The notes: generated by a model not told the origin, from the letters alone. Shown: positions 25,702-39,759, numbered from the stretch's first letter. The stretch is 64,000 nucleotides of DNA from Geosiphon pyriformis uo1 (GCA_016748015.1 JAAOMT010000591.1:481050-545049), one strand, 5' to 3'. Numbers and translations are program-made.

Positions 25702-26528
25702 TATTACTTATATAAAAAAAAAAATAATAATAATAGTATAAATAACTAATAGTAATATAAAAAATTATTAAAACATATTATATCAAAAATTTCAAAAATT
25801 TTAATAAAAATTTTAAAAATACTAGTAAAAATACCAGAAATTCCAAAAATGCTAAGAATTTTAACAATAACTCAAAAAATTGTAAAAATTTTAGAAATTT
25901 CATATTATAAAAATTTATATATATATAATAGAAATATTAAAAACAAAAAAAACAAATTATCTTAAAAATAAATAAACTTATTTAAAAACCAGTTTAGTTT
26001 TTTATTATAACTTTAATAAAACTATAATTAATTTAATAAATACATTTATTAATTATATTTAAAAACTATTATTTTATACATTTATATCTTACTTATTAAA
26101 ATTCAAATTCACTTATATTAATGTTATTAATATTAATAATACATACTTAACAATACTAAAATAATAGTTTTTAATTATAGTTATCAATAGAATATTATTA
26201 TTATTTCTTTTTATTTGTTTTTTTGTTTTATTAATTAATTAAAAAAAAAGTATTAAAATTATAATATTAAAGATTATTTGATAAAAAACACCAAAAAAAA
26301 GTATAAAACTAGTTATAAAAACTAAAATTGCTTATTAAAAGAATATAAAAACCAGAATAAACTAGTTATTATATTAAAGAAATCAGATATTAAGTATTAC
26401 TTACTATTTTATTTAAATTTTTGTTTATTATACAAAGAAATTTATTATCAAAATTTTCAGATTAAACATTAATAATCTAAGTATTAAGTTATAAAAAATC
26501 CAAAAAACTTAAAAATTTACTTGTAATA
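25702..26528 (+). repeat. Decayed solo LTR related to family C, TSD ATAT
   Basis: TATTAC...GTAATA termini (TG/CA mutated); aligns with 8507-9374; ATAT at 25698-25701 and 26529-26532. Confidence 0.7.
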
Positions 26529-27706
26529 ATATTATTTACCATCTGTTTTTATATAACTTAAAATCTTTTAAACAAGTACAAATTAAAAATAAATTGATAT
26601 TTATAATCAAATTTTCAAATACTTGTAATATTTTTGGTTATTTGTTTAATTACAGATTATTAAACTTACAGATTTTGAATTGGTCTTCTAATTATTTTTT
26701 GTAATTTTCTGTTAAATTAAAAATTAATTCAGTTAACAATTTTTTGGTTTGTGTTGTAAAAAATTTTTAAGAATATAATATAATTTTGGTAAACAATTTG
26801 TTTTTGCTTTTTATTATTCAAATAATACTTCAATATTTGTAGTTTTAAGCAATTCAGTTTTTTTTTATGTCTTTTATTTATTTAAGAAATTTAATATTAC
26901 TTTTGTTAAATAATTATATAATAAAAATAGGAGTATTTTTAATTAAAAAAATTTTTAATATTGAAAAAAATTGAATTTCTAAAATCTAGTTTTTAATTAA
27001 TTTAATTTAACAATTTGTTTTTTGGATAATTTTGTTTTTTGTTAAGTTGTTTTATTTTTGATTATCAACTTTTAGTCTTTTAATATGCTTTATTCAGATG
27101 TTTATTTATTTAAAAAAATAATTTGCTTAATATTAATTTGGATAATATTATTATTTACACCAATAGTTCTTTGAAAATTTTGGATATAATTAATATAAAG
27201 ATTAATATTACAGTATTTTTTGAGGATTTAAATTTAAATATAAGTATTAGAATATTTGGTTTGATTTTTTTTGTTTTAGTTAAATTGCAAATTATTGTAT
27301 TGGTTTTGGAATGTATTTTTTTTTGTACAGTTATAATAAACTTGGACAGTTAAATTGCTTTAAATACATATTTTCTTGAATTGAGTTTAGTTTTATTTGA
27401 TTTTTACAATTTTTGCTAACTAAAACATTATTATATTTCGAATATTATTAGAAAAAAAATCTTTGTATTATTTGGTTTAAAGTTAAAAACTATTCAGACA
27501 TTTCAAAAAATAATAAAGCTAAAATACTAACTAATACTGCTTTTTTTTGGATTTAATTATACTAGTTTATATTCAGAAAAAATTTGTCAAGACTGATACA
27601 GAGGGTGTCCAAAAGTTTCCGAACAAGATTTTATTTAACAATAATATTTATTTTTTTATAAAATAAAACAAAATAAACAACATATTTATAATTTTATAGT
27701 AATTTT

Positions 27707-27955
27707 CTAAATTTTTCCATTAAGTGTTACTAAACGTTTAAGTCGGCGATATTTTTGGTGAGTAAATAAACGTTGACGTCCTGAACGAGGTCTTGAATCA
27801 ATTGAACCAGTTTCTTTAAATCGTTTTATTGTATCCGAAACTGTTGTCAAGCTGCAATTGACTATGTTGGCAATATCACGATATTTCTTGCCATGCTGTT
27901 GTAATAAGCATATAGTATTACGTTGAGCAATCGTTAATTCTTTTTTTGCTCCCAT
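27707..27955 (-). CDS. Truncated Tc1-type transposase, N-terminal HTH DNA-binding domain only (82 aa)
   Basis: ELT..R..I......G..YRDIA..VNCSLTTVS..IKRFKETGS...RPRSGR paired-like HTH; no DDE domain. Confidence 0.85.
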   Translation of the reverse strand: MGAKKELTIAQRNTICLLQQHGKKYRDIANIVNCSLTTVSDTIKRFKETGSIDSRPRSGRQRLFTHQKYRRLKRLVTLNGKI

Positions 27956-28024
27956 TTCGTTTTAATAAAAACGACGAAAAAATCTTATATGCGCGTTACA
28001 TTTCATTTTTATAAAAAAACGAGT

Positions 28025-28044
28025 NNNNNNNNNNNNNNNNNNNN
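28025..28044. other. Assembly gap (20 N) flanked by an exact 203-bp duplication
   Basis: 27822-28024 equals 28045-28247. Confidence 0.95.
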
Positions 28045-29331
28045 CGTTTTATTGTATCCGAAACTGTTGTCAAGCTGCAATTGACTATGTTGGCAATATC
28101 ACGATATTTCTTGCCATGCTGTTGTAATAAGCATATAGTATTACGTTGAGCAATCGTTAATTCTTTTTTTGCTCCCATTTCGTTTTAATAAAAACGACGA
28201 AAAAATCTTATATGCGCGTTACATTTCATTTTTATAAAAAAACGAGTATGAATAAAATCGATTATGCGCGTCGCGAAAAAACATTATACACGCGTGTTAA
28301 AAAATAAAAAACGCGTAATTAAATAATTAACTAACTTAATTTAGTAATAAACTAACTTAATTTAGTAATAAACTCATGCTTTTCTAATTATTCAAGCATG
28401 TGGAATGTTACTCCAAAGTTTGTTCGGAAACTTTTGGACACCCTCTGTAATATAATTGTATTAAAAAATATACAGTATTTTATTTATGATATTTTTAAAA
28501 CAATTAATTATGTTTGGTAAAAGATTGGTTTAAGCACTAAAATCTTGAATAATAATTTAATTTGGCATCTTGATTTTTATATAACTGCTAGTTTTATAAA
28601 TAAGACTATAACTAATTTGTGTTTTTATTTTATAAAGACTTTATATTGTTATTTGTTTATTGTTGTATATAAGTATTTATATAATAAATATTATTATAGT
28701 GTTTTGTGTTTCTATTATAACAATATTAAGCTTTTTAATTGTTTTTTTTCATGTAAAATAGATTTAAATATTTATAAGAAGTTGTTAAATTTATATACTA
28801 CTATGTAAAAGTCTATTTTTGGTTAATACAAATTATTATTATGTGTTTTTTGGTTGTTTTTTTTATGTACTTTTAATAATATAATATATACAGTTCTAAA
28901 TAAAGATTTTGTTTTCAAGAATTAATACCAAGAGTTTTTTTTTGTCTTTAAAAATATTAAAGTTGTTGTTAATAAAATTATAAGTTTTGTGTATGATTTT
29001 AAGATATTTGTTATTAAAGATTTTTGGTATCTTTTTTTGAATGTTGTTAATGTTGTTTTGCTATTAATTCTTAATTTTTAGAAGCTAACAAACTTTCAAT
29101 AACTGAATTTATCTTTAAATTATCTTCTATAATTTGAATTATTAAGCTTATAAGTGGAATAACTAATTTTATGCCAGTTATTTGTATAGTTACTTTTTTT
29201 TATTTATTTATTTATTTTACAAGTGAGGTTCAAATGTGACCTAGTGCTATAGATCATACAAATAATCTAAACTAGGGGCAAATCATGCACTTTCTACACA
29301 TGACCAGCCACTTGAGCCAGTCAGGACAACA

Positions 29332-32300
29332 CTACACACTTATATGCACAGAAACCATATCCCCAATACCCGAAAAGAATGAACAAAGCTTACAAAACCC
29401 AAAACTAACACCAAAAGCTTCAGCCACACCCAACAACCTAATCACACCAGCCAAAAACGCCACAAACAAACCAGAAATTGATGCAGGAATGGACCCATCA
29501 CGTGGAATCAAACCATGCCTCTCTATAAACACCCAGTGTTTGGCACAGACCAACCAGATATCATCTTGAAACATGAGATAAAACTCATGCACAAAGCTCA
29601 CAATCTTTTTATTACCTTCCTTAGAATCTTTAAAAACCAAGACAGACTCATGAAACCAGCCATCAAAAACAAAGCCCTTACACAGAGCAACACAAATTTC
29701 AACCTCAAAAATACAAGAAGCCAATATCTACAAAACACATGAAGAAGAGTGAAACAGACCAGAAAGAATCTCCCAAGCTAAAGCATGAGCATCCAACAAA
29801 CAAGCATGGCCAGTGGCATTATGAAGACATAAAAAGACATGATCCGAGATCTCAATATCACCACAGAACAGACAGACCACACTGGAGTATCTCCTATCAT
29901 ATAAGCGCTTGGGCACAGTAACAGGAAGCCAAAAATGAAGAGCCTTCATAAAGTAAGTACGACAACTTGTTGTGCGTATGCTGGTAAAACCAGAGGCCAA
30001 GTGAGAATCAGTGTGCCACACTAAAGAAAACATAAACCAATTAATATCAGCACGCAAACTATCAGCCACAACATGAGAACCAACTCCAATCTCTCAACAA
30101 GTCTGATTAACTGATCGGAAAACATCACAAACAAAGTGTCTAGAATTACCAGAAACTGCTGCATCTCTAGTATACAGAAAACGTTCACTGACTAAATAAG
30201 ACAGACACCAAGCAGACAAAGCAGTGTCTTTGGCAAGTGCATCAGCATGCTCATTGTCTGAGACACTTAAATAACCCTTTATCTTAACCCAATTCACATC
30301 CAAATTTTTTCGATGAATGACGGTAGCAATGTAGTGATACTCAATCCAACAGCAGTTTCTGAAATCCAGATGAATCAACAAAAACTTCGACCCATATGCA
30401 TCCAAAGTGGCTTGGCTATCTGAAAACAAGTCAATTAAATGAGAAGAAGGAATACACTTAAGGGCCAAAGCTATGGCTTGCAGCTCCATCATAATAGAAG
30501 AAACCAAACCAGACACCCCAACACCTAAACCCAAGTTAATGTCCTCAAAAAAAACAGCAGCACCTGCTTTCACGTCAATAATGCCCAGACCAGACAGAGA
30601 TCCATCCGTATACACAGAAAGGTGGGCAGCATCAATGGTCAACAGAGTGTTACAAACTACACCAAAATCATGAGAAAGATGAACATCTGACACAGCACAA
30701 CCATCCATCAAAGAAAAACCCAAGGAGAGAGGAACAACACCACTAAAAAAGCAAATAAAGAGATTAAACCAGAAAGAGATTAAGCCATAAGGATCTAGTT
30801 TCTTTCAACGCTTGAAGATCCCCCAGCTGAAAACATTACTATCACAGCCATAAAGCTGCTCTACAAAAGCAATTCCATAACACCTGAGTGAAGAGACACA
30901 CTTGAAAAAACAGGGTTCACCAAGAACCAAAGACATAGGAGTACCGCACCGACAGCAAAAAGCACAAACCAAAGAGCCACCCAAAGACAAATCACACCCG
31001 GAAAAAATATGAACCACACCAGCCAAAAAATTGTTTGAAAAATTGACACCAATATAAGATGAAAACAGCAAAGAATGACGCGGGCACCAGCTAAGAACTT
31101 GAAGGTCATGAGACCTATAAGAAAAAAGGCGACCCAAAATACCAGTAGAATTCACAAAAGTAATAGCGGATGCCAATTTACTCTCAGCCTGAATCTGCTC
31201 AAAAGTCTTCAGACTGTACAATGAGAGGTGGTGCAGTGCATCATTGGAAAAATCATGGTGTAACCCAGACTTAGATTTCAAGATCTTGCATACCAGAGCA
31301 TCCTATTTGTTACAAACACCCACAGAAATGAAACTGAACTGAGTCCTATAGCTGATGATAGGAAAAAAAACCACAGACACCAAATATGCACATTGTTTAT
31401 CAGAAACTGCCTTTTTCAAAACCAGATTCACAAAAAACCACACATTCGCTTGGGCTTTAGCCAAACTGGGCTTCGAAAAACTCTTGAAAGATAAAAAAAT
31501 GCCTAGATAACAATGAGATTCCCCTTTCTTGGCAATAGAAATAGGCACACCACTGATAGTTAAATGAGGGTCTAACACCTGCCAATTGATGGAGATGGTC
31601 ACTGTTTTGTCATTATTTACAGAAATATTGTTAAACCTAAAAAACTCATTAGCAACATCAAGGATGCATTGTGTAGCAGCCTGGCTGCTACCAACCCAAA
31701 TAGTATCATCAACAAAAGCACCAGTAGCAAGAAACGAAGACAGTCCAGCTTGAGGATCCATCTGGCCAGTTTTGGATATAAAATGAGAATTTAACCTGTA
31801 GCCATATACACTATCCTGTTTTTTGACTTCACACAAGAGTGAATCGTAGAATATATGCCAGAGTAGAGAAGAGAAAATTTCCCCTTGGTCCAGCCCATCA
31901 TGAACACAATATCCATCAGTCAAGCCGAAGTCAGTCATCACTCTGTTAACACAACTATTGTGAATGCTACCAAAAAATCCAATAAACTTATTACACATCT
32001 TAATTTTGACCAGACTTCTCCTAAGATGTTCCCAGCCAACTGAGTCATAAGCCTTATGCATGTCCTGTAAAACCAGCCAGAGTTCTCAGTTTTTCTCCAA
32101 AGCATCTTCAATCACTGAACCTATAGCAAAGATGAGAGACTGCATTGTTGTACCCTTTAAAACTGAAAAATTGTTCCCGTGAAGAACATCAAAAGCGCTG
32201 CAAGCTGAAGAAATCTTATCTAAGAAGATCTTGGAAAGAATCTTGCAGACCATTTCAATTAGAGCAATAGAATGAGTGTTCGTAAGAACTTCTTCCCATT

Positions 32301-34020
32301 TATATGGTTTAGGAATCATAGAAACCCAAGCTTCTTTTCAAGGTCCAGGAATTGACTCACTAACTAAACACAGGTTCAAAAGCACCAAAAGCATATCCAA
32401 AACTGACTTGTTACAACACTTCCACAATTCGTTAGAGATACCAAAGAGACTAGCCACTTTTCTATCAGGAAGATTCTTGACGACTGCCAACATCTCATCA
32501 AAACTAATCGGACACATGACACCAGAGAAAGCACCATCAAAAACATGCTCCAGAGGCCAATATTGGTAAATCCAATCTCCAGAGATGTCAGAAACCACCC
32601 TATACTTCCTGGTTCACCCCTCCATAATTTCATTCACCTTTGATTTGACAGAATCAGGCTCCAAAACCAACTTATCTCCCACAACCAAATAATCTAAGAC
32701 TATCTTGTAAAAAGAACGCTCCAAAACACTTCTAATAGTGTGACCTTTGTCTAGTTCAAAACTCTTTATCCTCTTATTAATAGCCTGCTTGATTGAAGAT
32801 TTCTCAGTGCATTTGGATTCCAACAACTTAGAAGCACAATACAACTTCCTTGCTTTGGCCAGCATAGAACAAATGAGACCGAAACCAGAACTTGAAAAAA
32901 ACAAAGATCTCACCACTGATGCACCAAAGGAATTAAGCTTATCTCATGTCTCCAACAATGAAGCAAAATTCCCACTGAAAACCAAGTGAGAATTCCTAAC
33001 CAGCTTAAACACCAGCAGCTCCAGTTTATGAAACCTAAACGAAACCTTATTAAAAACACTATCAAAACTCTTGAACCATTTTTTTTTGAAAGTTCTGTCC
33101 ACTGAAAGAACCATAATTTTCCGAACAATGTTCCATATTTCATTCATATCTGAAAATTTCCTAGCCATAACAAAAGCACCCGAAAACATAGAAGCATTAT
33201 CAGCCATGGCATTCTTGAACTCCAACCATTTCACCTCACTGGCACATTTAATGTCAAATTTCTAACAATCCCTGTTGGCCTGTTTGCATAATAAAGACAG
33301 CTGCACATCCAATAACTCACCTATACTCACAGACACAAAAACAGCCTTATGATTAGTATCAAAAAAGTCATCAACACCAGCCACACTGCGATCCACAACC
33401 ACGTTAATCAAATTAGAGGAGACAAAAACGTAGTCAATTGTCTTGGCGACACCACAAGAATTGCACCAAGTTGGAGATTTCACAAACAAACTCCCACCCA
33501 AAGAGTTGACCAAACCCAAATCAAAACACTTATTGAAACTGGCACATTTGTGAGAACCGTCCTCATTGAAATCACCACCAAAAATGATAAAAGAAGATTC
33601 ATTTATCACTTTAGCAATGAAAGAGTTGATAACACCAGCCTGAGAGAAACAAACTACCAAAGAAGCACCAGTATACAGCCCCAGAATCGACACAGAAAGT
33701 TTATTCTTAAAAAGCAGCCTCACTGACAAGAGCTAACCAGGCATCTCCGAAACCTTGCACACATGTCTCGCCAATGAAGAGTTCAAAATAATAGCAATGC
33801 CAGATCCCATGTGACCAGAATTCAGACCCAAAAGAAAAACGCGAACACCATCAAACCTATTAGTGATCCAAGGGCAAATCTTCCCCTTCAACTTTGTTTC
33901 AGTAACAATAGAAACCAGATTGTTTATATCCTTATGCCAATGAACAATGTCTGCCTGCTTTGCATAATTGTTCATACCTCTGACATTGCATATGGCAATC
34001 TTCCAAACTAAATGAGTCAT
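29332..34020 (-). pseudogene. L-A ORF2: APE endonuclease, RT, RNase H, C-terminal CCHC; at least 10 nonsense stops, single frame
   Basis: IAICNVRGMN, GGDFNE, IDYVFVS, QDMHKAYDSV, FVDDT, YTDGSL, CLFCGDIEISDHVF.C. Confidence 0.92.
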
Positions 34021-35971
34021 TGAGATAATGTGGAAGCTGACAAACCCGAACCAGAACACAGAAGATTCAACTTATTCAAAACCAAACCAACTAAAGCTTT
34101 CAAAGTGACCAATTTTGTCTCCAAGCTGCCCACCTTGGCAGTAAAAACCTTAGAATCACTAGCGCTGAGGTTGATAACAGCATCATCAGTCACAGGGGAA
34201 GTAATACCAGAAGAACTCAAAGCATTGTCTACAATCATATCTGAATTCACCTCAGAACCCAAAGCTGTAAAAGCAATAGAAGAGGAGACCAGAGAAAAGA
34301 AACCAAAAGAACCACACCAAAAGAATCCAATCTAACCAGGATGCCAGAAACATAATCAGCCAAAAGCTCCAAAGAGTGTTCCAAAATTGCCAAATGACCA
34401 CTCAAATGGGAAATAACAAGAGGATCAGAGACTGCTAAAGGAGGAACCAAATCAGAATGCAAACCAGAACCAGAAAAACCAGAAAAAAATGCATGGAAGG
34501 GGGTGCCACTAGCAACTTGGGCCCATGTCTTGCCACCAAACAAAACTGGACAAGCAATAGGAGCCAATTTCTTCTTATATATACCAGCCAGGCAAACCCG
34601 ATTCTGATCAGAAACTACCTTTTTTCTATGAGCACCAGAACTTCTACCCATAGAACAATCAGCATGAATATGACCAAATTGTTTGCACTTGGTACAGCTA
34701 GCCAAAACAAGACTAGTCCAATGCAAACTAACACTCTTGAAAATTAGAATGATACTAACAGCAGCCAATTTGGCAGCCTTATTATCAAAACAAACAATTG
34801 CACACCTATCACAAATGTAAGAGACAGGATTGTGACCAATAAAACATGTCTTCCCATCATAAGATTCTAACATATCAGAAAGATCATGAGCCATTGTTCC
34901 TACTGGCAAAGTATACAACAAAGCCCGATACTGATCCCTGGAAACCCACAATTGTTTATTATCAATTGCCAAAGCCACTCGCATAGAATTCTTACTCATG
35001 AAAACTGACCACTTGGAAACAACCATGTCAGCTATTTCAGCTGACTTAAACTCCACTAAAGTCTTTTGCCATAGACCAATTAACTGCATTCTGATTAAAA
35101 CAATTTCATTAAACTTAGAAAAAACTAATTCCACAGCCAATTTGGGAAGATTGACTGGAATTTTCTTGACCACAATTTCCCAATTTGAACAACTGTTTAC
35201 TTTTCTTAGCTCATTATTAACCAAAATCTTCTCACTGACAGCCAAACTCTTTGCCTTATTCATACTAGCTTCTGAAGTGAAAGTAGATCTAATGATCCCA
35301 GGAAATTTTGAGGGAGTAAAGGCCCCCCCAAAACCATCAACTTGATAAAAAATTTTTTTGATTGAGACCAACTTATCCCCATTAGTTTTGCCAGGAATGG
35401 CAGATATCTCAATATCTAATGCAAACGATTTTGACAAATTAAAATTCCGTTTTACCAATGCACATGATCTGACTGGAGAAACGTGATTGGATCCATAAAA
35501 TTTGGGACTCAGAAGAGGCAAAGTATCTTCACTATCACTTGGAACATTGAAAAAGAGAAGTGGTGGCTTACTGTTCAAAACATAGGTGCGAGTACACATC
35601 TTCTTTGGCATGACATCATTCATGTCATCGTCCAAACCTGAAGCATCTGACTCTGCATAGCTAGTTTCCTCAGTGATGACGTTGTCCAAGTTATCCAAGT
35701 CTGAGATGCCACTTATACTGTCTACTTCACTGTTGACTTTGCTAGCCCACAATTGTCTAATGTTAGGTCCATCACCACTTTTATCTATAACGTTCGAGAC
35801 ACCAGCAGACGACTCCACCAAACTGTCAACCACCACAGGTTTCTTTGGCTTCTTATAGGACACACCGTGAGATTGAGAACCAACCAAATGCTTATTTTTG
35901 ACACCAGACTGGGTTCCCAACCCAGCCAAAACAGACCCAGCACCACCAGCAACAAAGCCCACTGGTTCCAT
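34017..35971 (-). pseudogene. L-A ORF1 (RRM-like domains plus zinc knuckle), frameshifted near the C-terminus
   Basis: 574-aa ORF with CTKCKQFGHIHADC; continues in ORF 34017-34262. Confidence 0.85.
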
Positions 35972-38359
35972 AGCAACAAAAGGAGGAATGTCTGAAGAAA
36001 TAACTGGAAAAAGTTGAAGAGGAAAGAGAAAAAGAGGGCTATTTTAGTGACAACTCAATGCTTTTGTCATGACCAGAGGATCAACGAAAGAAAAAGTTTT
36101 TTTTTTAGTTACTTTACAGTAAAAATCAACTCTTTTTCAAAAAATGTTTGTCTGAAAGCTTATTAAAAATGTATAATTATTTTGTTGTAAAAGTCAACTT
36201 TTTTACAGAAATTTTGTCTGTAAACTACTTTAATATTTATAATAAAAAAATAATAAAAATAAAAATTTGTTAAAAAAAATGTCTTTTGTTTAGATTTAGA
36301 GTTATTAACAAATTATTAAAATTAGTAGTTAATTAATTTTAAAATATTAGTTGAAATTTAGAAAATATCAAGTATAAAGAATTAAAAATTTGAATTTTTA
36401 ATATATTTGATTTTTATTGATTTGTAAAGATATCCAAAAAATAATTGATTTTAACTTAGATTGTTATTCTAAAATAAAATTAAATACATTTTCTTAAAAA
36501 AAAAACTCTTTTTTTATACAACTTGTTATAATATTAGTCTATAAACTTAAACTTTTTTTTTGCTAATTTTAATAAACTAAAAATATATTTTGATAAACTA
36601 CAAATTATTTCTACAAATTATAAATAATTTCAGTAAACTATTAAGATATTTTGCAAATTTTTGCAATTTTACTGAATTTTTGAATATTATAGAGTTTGGT
36701 GTATTACATAATTTGATCATTATATTTTGTATATTATATAAATTAAGTTATTAATTAGATAGTAATATTTAATAATATAATTAATTACTAAGTAATAATT
36801 AAAATAATAATAAGAATTATAAGAATAATTTTATGTTAATTAATGACTAAAATTTTACTAATAATATAATTTCTTCTTTAAGATTAAGCTTTATCAAAGT
36901 CCAAGTACTATTTGTAATATCAAAATAGTAATCCAAAATTATTGAAGTAATTTGATCAAAAAGTTGTTAAAATTTCAGTTCTGTGAATTTGCCAATGTAT
37001 TGAATTTTTATTGGTTAAAATATTGGATTTTGTAAGATGTTTTTGCAAATATTAAATAAGTCATAGAGTTTAAAAACTGCTTTAAGTCTGTAGTAAGCAT
37101 TTATTAATTCAGCTGTTGTCTTGAATTTGTTTTTGTATAGTTTCAGAAATAAAGTTGGTTGTTTTAATTTCTAGTTTTCATTGATATAATGTTTTTTTAA
37201 TTTGAAAATATTTGATAAATAAAGATATATTCACTACTTTTATTAAAGTACATTTGAAGTTTTTGCTATATTATAACATTTGGAAAAATGTTAATAGAAA
37301 TAAACAGTAGGTTTTTTTTAAAGCTTGTTTCAAAAGTTTTGATAAGTAACTTTCAGAATAATTTCTTGTTTTTCTTCTGTAAGAGTAATAACTTTGAAAA
37401 TTATTTGTTACTAAGACTGTAGTTTTTTTTAATGTAATTAATTTAATTTCTATTAATTATTATGAATAAGTCAGAAAATGTTTTTAAAGCTAACATTAAT
37501 TTTTGGAATATTTGTTAAATGTTTCGAAAAATAAATATTATAAAATAAAAGAAAATAATAAAATTTGTTAAAAAATAAAAAATAAAAATTTTTGAGTATA
37601 AAAGTTTTTATATATTTTTGGTTTGAGTATATTTTTCAGATTATTTTATTATTTTTGTTTAATATTTCTGTATTATTTTTAAAAAAAATTACTAATATAA
37701 ATAAATAATTTAAATGTCTAAGTTTTGTTGTTATTATATTACAATTATTAGTTCTAAATTTTAGAGAATATCTTCAGAATTAATTAAAGAGAAATGTGTA
37801 CTAATTTGTAAAATTAATAATTCAGAATTGGTTCTAAAGTAATAGTGTTTTAATCAATCTCTATGTGTAACTTTTGTTAGTTATTAAGCCTTAACTTGTA
37901 TAATCTATTGCCTAAAGTTTTATAAATATAAAATAATCTATTCAATTTATAATCAAATTTTTTATTTTATTGTTTTTTAGTCTTAGTTCTATATAAGAGA
38001 ACTTTATTTTCAATTTTGAATTTATTGATAGCAGATAATAGTTTGTTATTATATTATTCTTTTTATTAAAGTTGAGAATATTTAATATAAGTAGCTGTAA
38101 TTTGTCATTTTTTTTTAGTATATTAAAAAGAGTATAAGCTCTCTATTGGAGTGTTTTTTTTAAGTTTTTTTTTGTAATTAGTTGTATTGAATGTGAAATT
38201 AATTGGTAATATTGCTGTTTTCTTATAAGTAAGATTAAATAATATATATTTTATAATATTTTGTTTTAGTGTTCTATATGCTAATAATACTGATAAAATA
38301 AAAATATCTTATTTCTGCTTAAAGTTAATTAAGACTTTGATTAATAATTCACATAATAT

Positions 38360-39096
38360 TGTTATGGGTTGGAGTAACAAGCTAACGAATAGCAAGGGAA
38401 AACAGGATTGTAGGGTGATAGAAATAATCAAAGGGAATTTCAACTTTAAAAAGTAAATTGAATGAGTATGGATTCAATGTGCAAGATCAGTCTTATAAAA
38501 TATCTCAGTCGTTATTCTTTTCAAAGGTAACTGGAGAATCTGAAGATAGAGGGATAGTCTGTACTGTCAACAATTAATCATTACTGATATAATTTTATGT
38601 CTCATGTTGGTGCTCTTAGAATTCAATATCAGATATCAACTTATGCTTTTCAGTCATATTTATTCAAATAATCTTCAAATGCTATAATTATATATATTAG
38701 GAAAAGGCCAACAAGTAATCTTTTATCTTTAAGATATTCAGATACTTGAAGGTAGGGAAAGGGAAATTAGCAATAAGAGAAGGATTGAGATGAAAGTTGT
38801 TATTTTATTTATTCTTGATTATTCAGATGCTTGTTATTACATGCTTTTTTACAGCTAAGAAATTCATCACTTATATAGCTATCAAAAGTAGTCAATGATC
38901 AGGTCAATAACTAGGTCAATGATCAGGTCAATGATCAGGTCAATGATCAGATTAATAATCAGATCAATGATCAGGTCAACAGTCAGGTTATTAATCAGAT
39001 CAATAATCACTTTTTAAAAATAGTGTGGCTAATCATATGACATCAGTGGTTAATACATGTGATAATTAATAAAAAGTATAGGTTTCAACCATAATA
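38360..39096 (-). repeat. 3' LTR of B2 (737 bp, 10 copies of the 12-bp unit)
   Basis: Direct repeat of 45427-46091; preceded on the minus strand by PPT GGAGAAGATGA. Confidence 0.92.
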
Positions 39097-39722
39097 TCAT
39101 CTTCTCCAAAGAGATTGAGCTCTGGCAAAATTAGGCTATTTATGGTGTAATCTATTGGAAGGGTTTTATCTAACTCAAAGCTAACTAGTTTGTTGAAGTC
39201 TTTTGTCAATAAGGTATATAACACTTAAGGCGAAATGAGTTTTGTATCCAAGAGACCAAATCTTTGTATTAGAGTTTTGGTTCTTCTAATAATAGTTAAA
39301 ACTTTTGAGACATCTAACCATATAATGCCCAAAATTTCTGCCTGTATCTCTGAAGTTGTTTTCTTCATGAGTTTCATATCCTCTATAATTTCACCAAGGT
39401 GACCATAAAGTTCTAATTGCCTTCCATATGACAAGTTTTTGTCTGTGGATAAGATTTCTTGAATTGTTTTTCCAATTGTGCTGGAAGATGAAAGTATTGC
39501 TACTGTTATACTTTCTAATAGATATTTATCCATTTTGCTACCAATTTTTTCTCTTTTGGTAGTAGTTTTCTTTGGTCTGATAACAGTATGTGTTCTACTG
39601 TTGTCAGTTATAGTGGTCTGTTTTCTAATAGTTAGAGTAGCATTTGGATAGTTTTTGATCCAATACTCATAGAGAGTATAGAAGGTGTTTTAAATATTTT
39701 GATCCAAAAAATAATTGTTTAT
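39066..39722 (-). pseudogene. B2 ORF3
   Basis: Includes ORF 39225-39533; homologous to 12057-12713. Confidence 0.7.
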
Positions 39723-39759
39723 GTTGATTGAAGATACCTCTGTTTTGGAAATGGTGCAT

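Larger units (their letters stand above)
27599..28447 (-). mobile_element. Non-autonomous Tc1/mariner deletion derivative
   Basis: Perfect 28-bp TIRs CAGAGGGTGTCCAAAAGTTTCCGAACAA (27599-27626 and 28420-28447) with TA on both sides. Confidence 0.95.
16210..29008 (+). mobile_element. Heavily decayed LINE ORF2 split into pieces (16210-17130, 25432-25701, 26529-27598, 28448-29008) by later insertions
   Basis: The pieces are colinear with LINE ORF2 (RT, RNase H, C-terminus). The reading frame is restored across the solo-LTR and Tc1 junctions. Confidence 0.7.
29197..36105 (-). mobile_element. Full-length L1-like LINE with RNase H (L-A), TSD TAGTTACTTT
   Basis: TSD at 29187-29196 and 36106-36115 inside the A3 LTR; ORF1, ORF2, 3' UTR and (TAAA)n tail. 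Confidence 0.92.

Noticed and set aside
27822-28247. Apparent tandem duplication of the transposase 5' end (second ORF 27996-28178)
   Set aside because: An exact 203-bp repeat on both sides of a 20-N gap is a typical scaffolding overlap artefact.
17502-28808. Short I/K/N/F/L-rich ORFs suggesting mitochondrial or alternative-code genes
   Set aside because: They align to LINE ORF1/ORF2 and reflect AT erosion.
38891-39010. Regular repeats resembling a CRISPR array or nuclear-receptor AGGTCA elements
   Set aside because: Contiguous 12-bp units without spacers, inside an LTR of a eukaryote; no cas genes; fungi lack nuclear receptors.
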